Source: Paramecium tetraurelia (taxonomy: Eukaryota). Taken from it: a stretch of 64,000 nt of DNA. Positions 52,426 to 64,000 of this stretch are shown one piece after another (position 1 is the stretch's first letter; every line of letters starts with the position of its first letter). Made by a program: the position numbers and the translations under genes. A model generated the notes under the pieces. The model had not been told where the DNA came from. It worked only from the letters and a program-made list of their open reading frames with translations, and did no database searches. The stretch lies in NCBI GenBank assembly GCA_000165425.1, contig CT868002.1, positions 1-64,000 of the forward strand, written 5' to 3'.

Positions 52426-55400
52426 ATGCTAATACTACTTACATCACTAATTTCATTCATCAAGTGTGGGTCCATCCTGAGACCAACAGGAGTGACACCA
52501 ATTTGGAATTCGGTAGCAAATGCCAATGTTCAGGCCTAATACATTTTTAGTTATGTTTTGGAAACATACTTGGCATCCAATTCCCAAATAGAAGTTTAGT
52601 TTCCTCTGCAATATTTATCTGGGCTGGGAACCACGGCAACAGAACTTGTGTGCATACCGACTTGCGTAGTTTCTGGGAGATCAGTTATCTTCACCTACTC
52701 AGAGGAGATGAAGAATGGGACTAGTAAGAAAGTGGCATGCTAATAGTCTACACGGCATCGGTGTAACCAATAAGGAATCCAGCCACATAAGGTGGGACAG
52801 CTAATTTCATTTTGCGCAGTAAGAGAGGAGATAATGTGATTGATGAGAATTTGATTTTTGGTATCATTGGAATTGCAGATGCCATTAATACAATGGTCTT
52901 TGGAGAAGTCGTCGTCAATCCAACTGGTTCCTCTTATGCAGGAGTAATAATATATTATATAATACTAAGGATTACACTCAATACATACTGAAATTCAAGA
53001 CAACCACCACTATCATCTATAATTCCTACATGTTATTCACAGTTCCGACTGATTTCGAATTGGAACCATTTCCAGTCTGTAGTGCTTATCCAATCAATGG
53101 AATTCAATTGGATGGCACCTTGTTTTGTTCCCAAGTGAACCAAACCAATGTAGTGAAGATTGAAGGAATCACTGGACATGTGATTGGATTATAAGATTAT
53201 GCACTCAAAATATCAATGAGAAATCCTAAATATGCTGGAACAACAAAAACATTCAATTTGGGAATCTATAAAGCCAACACCCAGATGATGTTTGAGGAAG
53301 TCAAGGGAATCAGTGGAGTCACAATCTAGGCTGCTTAATTATAGAATGTCTCAATGACTTAAGTCTAGAGTTTTATCAATTCCAGATCTAGAATTATGGA
53401 TTACGCAGTCAAATTTACTCCAACCTTTCCTATTCCTGCAGGGTGCAATATCAAATTGATTTTCCCTGTCTATATGTAAATAGTGTAACCTGCAGATTAC
53501 AATTAAGCAGGATAATTTTAGATGAACTATGTAAAATATGGACTGGAAGATATCAGTGAAGATAGTCCCATTGGATTCTATTATCAGGATTCAATTTAAA
53601 ATTATCTCAGGATAACCAATTTCCAGGAAATGACTATGAATAATGAAATTTGTGTTATTGTCAGAGTTATCAACCCAAGTGTGGAGGGATACACTACTCC
53701 ACTCAAACTGTATGTATTCCAGGATATTACTGAGTATCAATTATTATAATCTGATGTTTTGTATGCAATAGCAGATGTGGCATCAGTAAATGCAGGTAAT
53801 TAGAATGTTCCTACAACCAATGTAAATACTTGGTTCCAAAAACCTAGAACTGGATTCTTTCCAAATTATGGCGATTATTCCATATCAAATATTTATGCTA
53901 ATGGAGCACTAGCAACCTTGACATTGAACATTGATCCATCTGCTACTGTTCCCAAATTTGCATTCATTTATGTTACTGTTCCTGTTGAATTTAAAGTTAA
54001 CAATGACACCACTACTGGAGTTAATGCTGCCAATTGCAAATTCTACTTGTAATAAAACTCCCCAACATTAAATGGTTTTGTTTCACCTACCAATTCCTTG
54101 ACGTGTACAGCAACTGATTAAGTTATTAAGGCTAAGTTACCCTTTGCATTTGATATCATTCAATATCCTTCTCAAGCATTACCAGCTACACCCTTAAGAA
54201 ACTAATGGTAAATTCAGTTAACCAATGCATTATTCACCCCTTCATTGAATGGAACATACTTTTTTGATGTTACTATTAAAGATACTGATGATCTGACTGT
54301 GTTAGATTCCTTTTCATATCCAATCTAAATAAATGCAAACTTATTAACTGGCAGTATTGTGAATTCAATTCCAAAAAACTCGAAAGAGAAAGCAATTGTT
54401 GACATATAATTTATAACTGTGTTGCAAATACCCTCAGGATAGAAATAATTTAGAGCATCAGATACCAGAGGGTTCCTTGAATTTCACTTTAGCAGCGCTT
54501 GGGCTTAAGATTTAGGTTCAGGAGTGAAAAATGGTGGATCAATTCCTTGTTATGGTGTTAATGCATTAATACCTTATGAGGGCAGTTAATTAAAATGCAT
54601 TCTGTTTTACTCAACTGCTACATCAAAAACAATAGTTAGAGTGTCCAATTTTAGAGAAATTGCTACAAATACTAATGTTAGAATAATGATTTCAGGTGTA
54701 ACTAATCCAACTGCAGGCACCTATGATGTAGATATCAAAGTGTTCTAGAAAAAGAATAGAATATTTACCTTATTGAATCAGCAATTAACTGTGACCAGCA
54801 CTTTAAACCCAGCACCTGTAACAACCACTTGCACAACTGCTCCTTCATACTCAGAAAACAGAGTCGGGTATTTATTTGATATAAGCATATCGCCTTGTTT
54901 GACTACTGCCATTACTGCCAACTATTACATTCTGATCTAATTGCCCAAATTTGATATTGGGTTCATCAGAGACGAAAACACTATAACTTGTTCACTCACT
55001 TCCCAGTTATATTGCATTCCTCTACTCGGATCTGATTTTATTTTGATTGTTACTTCAGCTACTGTTCCTCTCTCTCCAACTCCAATATTCAAAATAAGCA
55101 ATTTGCAATGGCCAAGATATGTGGAGGACTTTTCAACTTATACATTGAATTTCCTGATAATCAATAACGTTGGCTTGGGGATAGTCTAAAAATATCAATT
55201 CAGCACTCTCACGAATTGTGTCCCTTCACAATTCTCTTCAATTCAATCTCTGGTGTCAAACAAAGGAAAAGGGTTTGTGGATGCAACCTATTCCTTTACT
55301 TTTACCCCTCAAGCTGACATTCCTCAGGGATCAACAATCATAGTCGAATTTCCTCCTTTCTATGATTTTCTTAATGGCATTCATTTACCCACCTTTTCAT

Positions 55401-58400
55401 AGAGTGGCCTTCTAGACTTAAGTGATACGAATCAAGTATCAATTTAAGTGAATCTGAAATTGATAAAAATCACTGGGTTTCAACAATTCAACAAATCGAA
55501 TTCATTTCAAGTTGTGGCTGTGTCTGTGAAGAATTCTCAATCGTATAATACTGCATCAGGATTTCATGTCTATGTCTTATATAATGGGAAATACGTTCTA
55601 TAATAATTGAACTTTTATAGTTTTGATTTCACAACCCCATTCAAGGCAGGCAAAATTGTTATCAATCAAATTACCGCTTCAATCCTTAATGCAGACGAAG
55701 AAGTCGATTACCTAATCGAATTTACTCCTTAAAATGATATTCCCATAGGTGGGCAGATCAAAGTAATGTTCCCAGATGACAATTACAAGAAATTGCCTTC
55801 CACTCCAGATTGTCGTGTTAGTGGGGGTATCAATACATTTCAGTCTTGTATTCTAAACGGTAAGACTTTCATCATTGAAACAAACAGCAGATACAAGGCA
55901 GGTAATGGAGTCATTGATCTCGTTATCAAAGGAGTTTAAAATCCAGATTAGGGAACAACCTAAGGGTTTGTGATCTCAACAGAATATGATGGAGTTAAAT
56001 TGGATGGCACTGATGAGTCAAATCTAAATGGAAGAACATTCACATCAGCTCCAAAAACCAACCCAATCACTCTCAATTCCCTAGTATTTGATCCCAAAAA
56101 TGAAGGAGAAGAAGCTTCTTATCGTTTCATATTTCTACCGTATTCATCGTTATCTGTGAGTTCCCAAATAGAATTCAAATTCCCAAAACAATTCGACCCC
56201 TTACTCGGTAGAGATATCTAATGCATTGTGAATTCTGGTTTATCTGGAGGTGGTTATACTTGCAGTGTGGATTCAAGAATTGTTACCCTCAAAGGTTATG
56301 ATGCATACACCCCAGAAATTTCAAATCCAATTGACATCACCATCTTTGGTATTGTGAATCCCAATTCTAATGGGGGATCAACTACTGACTTCCTTAAACT
56401 CTACATCAGATAATAAGGCAGCAACATCTATGATCAATCTAATTAAGAAATAGCTTAATTGTCATTTCTAGCTGCACCAGGTTGGTCTCCTTTAATTTCG
56501 ATAGATGTTTCAACTTATAATGTGAGATGGAATTCAACCTATAATTTTACATTTTAAACGTATAAAAACATTCCGAAAGTATCAGCAAAAGGATCAGTTT
56601 TGATTGATTACCCATCTTAATTTGAAATTGTGGATGGCTCTATCACATGTTCAAGTACAACGCTATTTGCTGCAACATTGAAGTGTTCTTCCTATCGTAA
56701 TAGAGTTACTTCATCTGGTAATTACGACGATTACGTTGGTCAAATGTATATTCAATTGAAGAAAGTCCTAAATCCTATTGAGAAAGGAGAGAGTGATTTC
56801 TTCTATATCAGAACTTATGATGGGCTGAATTTAAGAATAATTGAGAGAAACTTTGCAAATTTGGATCCATTTAAGTTTTCTTATTAGTTTCCTGGTCCCC
56901 TCATTAAAGTCAACAATGAAAAAACAGTCACGATTGAAAGAGGAACCCAAGCCATTAATATTCCTGTAACTATTGAATTCCCGTGTTTGCTCAATCTTAA
57001 ATTGCTTCCATCAGAAAATGAGTTCATTATTAACCCTTCATCCATCCCATTAACTCTTGGAATGACAATACAATACTTTAACATTTCTGTTCCCTAGTCA
57101 ATGTATGATGGAACTTATACGATCTATTGGACTTTAGATAACGAATTAGACCCACCTATCTACACTCCAGTGAAAAGAACATTAATCACAATAACCAAGA
57201 AACAAGGAGTTACAATTACTCAAACACCAATTCTCTCTATTCCAATTCAAGGATAGTCACTCCTAACTGAATATATCTTAGCAGCTCCTCCAGATACAGC
57301 ATTAGCATTCCGCTTATATTTGCAAAGAACCTATTATGCCATACAATTGTCGACTTAAGCAATCACAGTAGCAGCTGGGCAGTAGAAATTTGGATTTGCT
57401 GTTGAGTACAATAAATCTGTGAATGCTGATGGACCTTAGGTAGAGAGAGGATACATTACAATATAGACTGAAGGAGTGAACAAAAATATTTATAAGTTAT
57501 CATCAACAAGTGTTGAATTCTTCATTATATCCCAAGACACCAAACCTCCTGGGTGGGTGACATGCAAAATAGATAATATCAAAAAAACATCAGTAAATCT
57601 ACTAGTAGCTTTAAATGAGCCTTGCATTGTTTACTATTTGATCGCATTAAAAGGAACAGTGTTTCCAAGTTTGGGGGACTTTCAAAGCAAGGTTATTCGT
57701 TACTCAAGCACTCAAAGTTAGATGGGATATTTGATTGCTTACACTGCAAATCTACAATACCAAATTCCGTTATCCAAGTTGATTGCTGAGACTGAATATG
57801 TGATACACATATTGGCTTTGGATAGAGGTAACAATTAGGCTGAACTCAAAACTATCGAATTCAAGACTCTCGACAGGCCAGTGAGTTGTTACTTCACTTT
57901 AATATTTAATTAAAGATCAGTTAGTGATGATTTTGTTAGAAACGTTACCGATTCCGTGGCCAAAGTACTGGGAATAGACGACTACTACATTCAGCAGCAG
58001 AAATACTATTTCAATAGATTGCTATAGAACTCTTTTGGTATCACGGTAGATGAGATAAAGTCCTACATCGATTTAGAACTAGCTGCTATTCCCAATAGTG
58101 ACAGTTTTCCTGACCCCTATGATGTTGTGGCAGGGTTGCAGAACAAAACTCAACTGCTTACTTCCAGAATTGAAACTCTTAATTTGAGCAAGGAAGTGAC
58201 TGCTTAAAAGTTTACTCGTTATGTTCCGAGATTCATCAAACAGCCAAAATTAGTGTATATTGATTATTAGCAATGTGCCATTTAATTAGCCATAAGCAAT
58301 TATGGATGGGGTTTTGCTGTGGCTGTGGTTTTTGAGTCGTAAGATCAGACCTGGCCATCGCCCTATCAGATAATGAAAGGACTTGATTATTAGAATAGGC

Positions 58401-58681
58401 CAACACCTAATGGGTAGATAGAGATTTCAGATCCTTATTAGGATTTTATTTTGAGAATACATGGGTTGGAGAGTGAGACAGACTATTACATATATGTGAT
58501 AGGGGGATCAGTTCGTAAATCATTTTTATTTATATAATTAGATTTCCGAGCACCAGATTTGATGGATAAATCCGAGATATATTAGGACAGGATAATCTCG
58601 TTCAGATCTCCTTAGAAGCCTAAGTTAAACATCAACTTTGGAGAATTGATTATGTTGAGCATATTGATTTTTTGCTTATGA
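52426..58681 (+). CDS. Very large (~2050 aa) secreted/surface protein with repeated beta-sandwich-like modules and hydrophobic C-terminus
   Basis: Signal peptide MLILLTSLISFIKC. Repeats of Y.F.F.P...IP.G..I...FP...C...V.NP. Five ORF-track fragments share one frame (a ~5.5 kb exon). C-terminal hydrophobic/GPI-like tail. Confidence 0.85.
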
Positions 58682-58740
58682 GTACATTTATATATATAAG
58701 CTATAATTGATAAACATAGATATTTTTGATTAATTTAAAT

Positions 58741-60240
58741 ATGCTCATATCTGGAATGCAATTGAGGCATTCGCTGACTCCTCGTTTCTTCGCAGGAGTG
58801 TTCAACAAGCGTAAGCCAACCAAGAAGGATTTAGACCATTATGATATAGTGGTGATCGGTTGCAATTTAGGAGGAGTGTTGAGTAGACAACTTGATAAGG
58901 TACATTTGTAAAGTTTAACTCCGCATAGGTTTCTCATGGAAAATATAAGATTATGGTTGTTTTGGATTAGAATATCAATCAAATTACTCCAATTAGATAG
59001 ATCTATGAATAATAGAAGACAGCCAAGACAGATTTCTTGCTCAATGCTAAATTGTCACTCAACATGTACACTGCCCACTCAGATCAAGTTGGATGTTCAA
59101 CAATATTACCTGAAGAGAATGCCATAGTTTTGCGTAATGGTCGTAGAATTGGCTATAATTAATTGGTTGTTGCAATGGGTATAATCTTAAATAAATTCCA
59201 ATAGGTCAGCAAGTCAATTACGATGCAATCAAGGGATTTGAAGAGGCTTGGTAAGACTTCGATTCTCCAGTGTTCACAAACCTTGATCACCCAAGTTGGA
59301 GATCCTCCAATCATAAATACACAAGATGGCATTACAATTTCAATCATGGTGAAGCATATTTCTGTATTCCTCAATTCCCCTTCAGTGGTGAGGTTGAATC
59401 CTACAACTTTTTGTTGAGTCAAAGAATCTGGGAATGGCAAACAGCAAATGGGCGTTAATCACCAATCAAAAAGTTCACAATCATCCAACCAAATGAGCGA
59501 TTTGTTCAATACAACGATGCTGGAGATTCCTTCTTCAAAGAAGAATTAAAACGCAGAAACATCAATGTTGAATACGGACTCAAATTGGTTGAAGTCAACA
59601 AACAATACAATACTGCCACTTTCGAAGACGTCAAGACTGGAAACAGACAAACTAGAAATTTCAATCATCTCTATGCTGTTGCTCCAACAAAGGCTCATGA
59701 ACCACTTGTCAAGGCTGGATTGACAACATCAAAAGGATTATTGGATGTCAACATCAAGACATTGTAGCATAACAAATACAAGAACATTTTCGGACTTGGA
59801 GATGTCAATGATCTTCCAACTACAAATTGTTTCTGGGCTGGATTCCACTAACTCCATGTTGTTAGAAATAACATTGAAAGAAATATTGCTGGTAAATCTC
59901 TTAATGCTGAATATGATGGATATAGCAAAGTTCCCATCATCTTAGGTTAAAACACCCTCACATTCTTATGTCACAAATACAATAATGAAAATGCTTGGCA
60001 CAACCTCTACTTCTCTAATGGGGGATTCTTGGCTGCTTTGAGGTAATAGTTCCTTCTTATTCAAGATATTATAATTGGTGCAAGAACTTCAAGAAGGCCT
60101 TTATTGACATCTATTTGGAAAAGAATTGGGGACCCCCCTATTACAAACTTAAGAAGAGTTTCAAATTGCCTGAGGGAGAAAAGGATGATCATGGATTCTT
60201 GTCCAAGTTGTTGCCTGGCAAAAAAGAAAATCATCATTGA
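58741..60240 (+). CDS. Sulfide:quinone oxidoreductase-fold mitochondrial protein, probable ATP synthase subunit ATPTT1 orthologue
   Basis: Presequence; HYDIVVIGCNLGG, IGYNQLVVAMG, IKGFEEA, GLLDVNIKTLQHNKYKNIFGLGDV and EYDGYSKVP; three introns. Confidence 0.8.
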
Positions 60241-60269
60241 AATAAATAAATAATATAAAAAATATAATA

Positions 60270-60924
60270 ATGATTAAATTATTTGCATAGAAGGCGATCC
60301 AATTACAATTTTATCCTCTCTATGAATTTAATCGATTCGCAGACAAATTATAAAAGAAGCAACAAGACAATCAGAAATAAGAATTCAAAAAGGAATTGGA
60401 ATTCTTGGCTAGCAAAGTATATACATAATTGCACATAGCCACAATTTACACTTATCGATTTTAGACAAAGAGCACTCGATGGATTGCATAAACTAAAAAA
60501 GGGATTCAAGTATTAAATCTCTTCAGGGAATGAAGAGACTGAATAACAATTGACACTATAGAAATAAGTCTTAAATGCCATGTTTGATGAGGAATTGTTG
60601 AGTCCAGATGATTTGAGTGGAGATGTATGTGTATATCCTCATAACAAGCAAAAAAAAGAAATAGCTATGGTTGCATAGGTGGAAGTACAATAAGTGAATT
60701 TCGTATTGAGTCAATACAGTCAGATCAGGAACATGCATTCATGGGTAAGAGACATGAAAGAGAGAGGAGAACCTATGCCTGATAACCAAGAAGACATGAT
60801 GTACAGGTACAAGAGAGACAAGCCAATAAAGAAATCTTTCATCAAATTTGAGATGAAGAGACAAAATTTCTCTATGAAATAAAGATTATAAAAGTTGAAA
60901 TGGGGTCCTCGTAAGGAAGTGTGA
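60270..60924 (+). CDS. Stand-alone SRP54/Ffh M-domain-like mitochondrial protein, probable mitoribosomal mL105
   Basis: FTLIDFRQR..VLNAMFDEELLSPDDL..KKEIAMVAQVEVQQVNFVLSQYSQIRNM matches the M-domain pattern; presequence-like N-terminus; no NG GTPase domain. Confidence 0.7.
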
Positions 60925-60982
60925 TATTTGATAAGTGTGCAAATATAATAAATATATTTATGATTATCATTATTATAATTGA

Positions 60983-63186
60983 TCATAATGTGAAAACTAA
61001 CATGATAAAACTAGCCACCAATAGTTGAGCATAAACGATAGTGTCATTTTTGTAGTTCAAGTCAGTGCTTACATTAGTTGTTTATCCATAAGCATACTAT
61101 AAAATATAAACAAGTATAAATACTCCAGCATAAGGTTAGACTGATTAGAAGCAACGATTCTAGATCATGTGGAATCCATATTTGCAAATAGAGCATCCAG
61201 AAGATGAGTAAGGTTTATCAGTGGAAAGTGTTGAACTCAATTTAAGAGCACAATTGGCTTGATTAAGTGGCACACAACCTCCTTATTGGAAGACGTATCC
61301 GTCAATACAAGTTAAACAAACCTATCCAGGTGATGCACAAGTGGCACAACCGAATTAACAAGCGACACAAGTAGCTTAGGCAGTCTTAATACCAGAATAT
61401 TGGAAGTATCCGTCCATACAAGCTTTGCAAGTCTAAGGATTAAACTTATAATTACAGTTGAATTGTCGCATGATGCACAATTGGTTTGACATGGTTGACA
61501 GGCTGCTCCTGATAAGTAATATCCAGTATTGCACTTGGTACAGGTAGTATTGGATGAGCATTCTAAACAACCACCACTTGCAGAACATGTGGCACAAGTG
61601 GCTGAACTTGCTGAACTTGCTGCTTATAAGAAATATTTTTATGAGCATCCAGTACAGGAAATAGGTGTTGAAGATGATCCACCACATTTATTACATTGTG
61701 AAGAGAGTTGTGTTTTAGCTCCAGCCTATGGTGGACAAGATAAACAAGTTCCTCCTTCATAAGCACCGAAATTCTTAACACATGTGGCACAAACATTGTT
61801 TGAATTAGTTGATGTGTTAGTCAAAGTCAAACATGCTTATATTTGTACAGCGGCTATGCATGTAGGAGTAGCAACACCGTTTGTAGTAATATTTACTAAG
61901 AAGTATCCATCTACACATTAAGTGACTTAAACTGTTGTGTATGATGGAGTATCTTATGGACCTCCACATCTCAACCATCCAGTTGATTAAGGATATGAAG
62001 AACAAGCTGAGCAAGTTACAATTCCACTTCCATCCTTTACTGCATAGTAAAACTCTTAGCATTTTGTGCAGGATACAGTAGTACTGTTGATTGTGCATGA
62101 AGCGCATCCTGTACCACATGGAGTGCAAGTCTTTGGAGTTTAGGTGTTCAACACATATATGCTTACACATGATGTGCAATTCTAATTACTGTCCATTTGA
62201 GTGCAACCATCAGGTAATTTCTAACAGGTTGTTTAACCTATCAATTGATATCCGGATGCACATGCCAGACAGGATGTACCATTTTAACATTTTGTGCAAG
62301 TAAGACTTGGTAAACATGAGGCACAGGTCTATCAATTACAAATATATTAAATTATTACTGTTATTCCATTAACTTAACTGATGTAGTAACCATCTGCGCA
62401 GCTGGTGCAATTTGTACTATTTGTGCAACTGGTACAATAATCTAAGCATCTTTAACATGTTCCAGATCCATCTGTTGCTGATCCTGTTGTCAATCCACTG
62501 AATGACCAGAAGTACCCACCAATACATTATGTGCATGTATTTCTAACGTAATCATATAAAATTAATACGCTGAAGGACAATTTTAACATCCTGCTATGGC
62601 ACATGGACTGCAAAAACCATCAAAGTAATTGTAGTAATAGTCTGAGGAAGAGGATACTGATGGAATATAATCCCAATTTAAATGATATCCAGCTGAACAT
62701 TGAGTGCATACATATCGAGTGCTACTATATACTGTACAGCCTTAATTCTCCACACATACTCCAGCAATCAAACTGAAACCTGAGTCGCATTTACCACACA
62801 CATAGGCATTCCCATTTGAGTTTAATGAGTAACTCAAACATCCATCTGGCATATTTACGCATATTCTAAATTTATATTAAAATTCTCTACCCATTAAGCT
62901 ATGTCCATCCTGGACTACAGGTTAAAGCCCCAGTTTAGTAATAATCTGTACACTGATAAAATCCTCCCTCTATTGGTTGACAAGGTTAGCACGATTGCCC
63001 AGCCCAATAGTAACCTTTTATTTAATATAGAATAATACCATTCATGCATTAATATGCTTGGCGGGTTGATTAACCAACTTTCATTGCACCGGTTGCCAAA
63101 CAACTTAAATATGTACAATCTAGAGGGGGCGATGATTATCCCAAAACGCCTATTAGTAGAATTGAGGCAATGAGTACTTTGTTCAT
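60983..63186 (-). CDS. Cysteine-rich (furin-like repeat) GPI-anchored surface protein
   Basis: Signal peptide MNKVLIASILLIGVLG; many C..C.TC...C..C..GY repeats; C-terminal YAQLLVASFIMLVFTL hydrophobic tail; tiny introns. Confidence 0.88.
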
Positions 63187-64000
63187 TATTATTAAAAAAA
63201 TTATTAATCAAGATATATTTTATCCACTCCTTTAAAACTTCAATATTTCCATCCCCCCTCTCCTCTTACTTACTCCTCCAAATAGGTTTCATCTCAAAAT
63301 CCATTCAGTATCAGTGCTCTTACTCTTGTTCCAAAATAAACTCTCCTGTATTAAATAACTGCACTTATTAAGCCCACTCCTTCATCGTATGCCATTTTTA
63401 ATTCGATAGTAAATACTAATGAAAATTATTACTTATTAATATTCATATTCATATTTTCCAAAAATTTTAAATCATAATTTTATCTTACTAATTTTGTATT
63501 AATTATCATTTCTCAAATATAACTATCTAAGAATCAAATATTGTTTCATGTATAATAGTAGTAATTAATTAAAAAATGTTTTATAGAATAAAGACAGAAA
63601 AATAGAAAAATGAGTGTTAATTTTTCTATTTCTAGAAAAATTTGCGCTCTTTTTTTATTTCAGATGAGTGGCATCGATTTCGGAAAATTAGTACAATTTT
63701 GGGAAATTATATTTTTTGAGTTTATAGAATATTAAATAAAATTGTACCCCATAAATTCAACTTAAAACAAGATTTTTTATAAACACTTTTCATTCCGCTG
63801 AACAAATTTAGTAGCAAAGGTTGGTATTTGTTTTATTTACATTTTGTTTCGATAATTAGTCAATCAATATATAAACCGATTTTTAAATTTATTAATAATG
63901 TTCAGAGTTTAATTAAAAGAAAAAAATCAAATATAATTCTACTAAAATCACAATTACCAATCCGATTCTCTAATAGCATCATATCTTTTAATGAGCAGAA

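Noticed and set aside
60983..63186. Mating-type protein mtA or classical large surface antigen
   Set aside because: No multi-TM C-terminus, and far shorter than the large periodic surface antigens.
1210..63211. The supplied short ORFs as independent genes
   Set aside because: They were computed with TAA/TAG as stops. They are fragments of longer code-6 genes, or antisense and off-frame shadows.
1..64000. tRNA, rRNA, transposons or retained IESs
   Set aside because: No cloverleaf, rRNA-like tract, transposase/RT motif or clear TA-bounded insertion was recognised by eye; short elements could be missed without tools.

Overview
Left end of a ciliate macronuclear chromosome, almost certainly Paramecium (aurelia complex). 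Support: mixed C3A3/C4A2 telomeric repeats at 1-50, very AT-rich sequence, TAA/TAG read as Gln with TGA the only stop (translation table 6), many 21-35 nt GT..AG introns and tiny intergenic spacers. The supplied ORF track uses the wrong code, so all genes were re-translated by hand; coordinates are manual and may be off by a few bases. The first ~10 kb is a subtelomeric block: decayed TPR gene, N gap, Zn-finger-like+TLDc, 2TM+P-loop GTPase, secreted triple-repeat protein, Zn-finger-like+WD40. The rest is a dense run of about 35 genes. These include NIT2, an MFS/UNC-93-like transporter, SH3BGR-like+Zn ribbon, EF-hand, kelch, SNF1/AMPK-like kinase, a pseudokinase, PI-PLC, ANTH, CFAP299, a CNBD K+ channel, SAPS-like, OCIA-like, a kinesin, a ~2000 aa surface protein, an SQOR-fold protein (probable ATPTT1), an SRP M-domain protein (probable mL105) and a Cys-rich GPI protein. 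Most notable: two local clusters of single-base frameshifts in otherwise well-preserved genes (33.3-35.5 kb and 49.5-50.35 kb), and head-to-head genes with 13-26 nt between ATGs. Also notable: a convergent CDS overlap, an OCIA-like domain in a ciliate, and two adjacent genes with co-opted folds. No wholly new system can be proven from the sequence alone.
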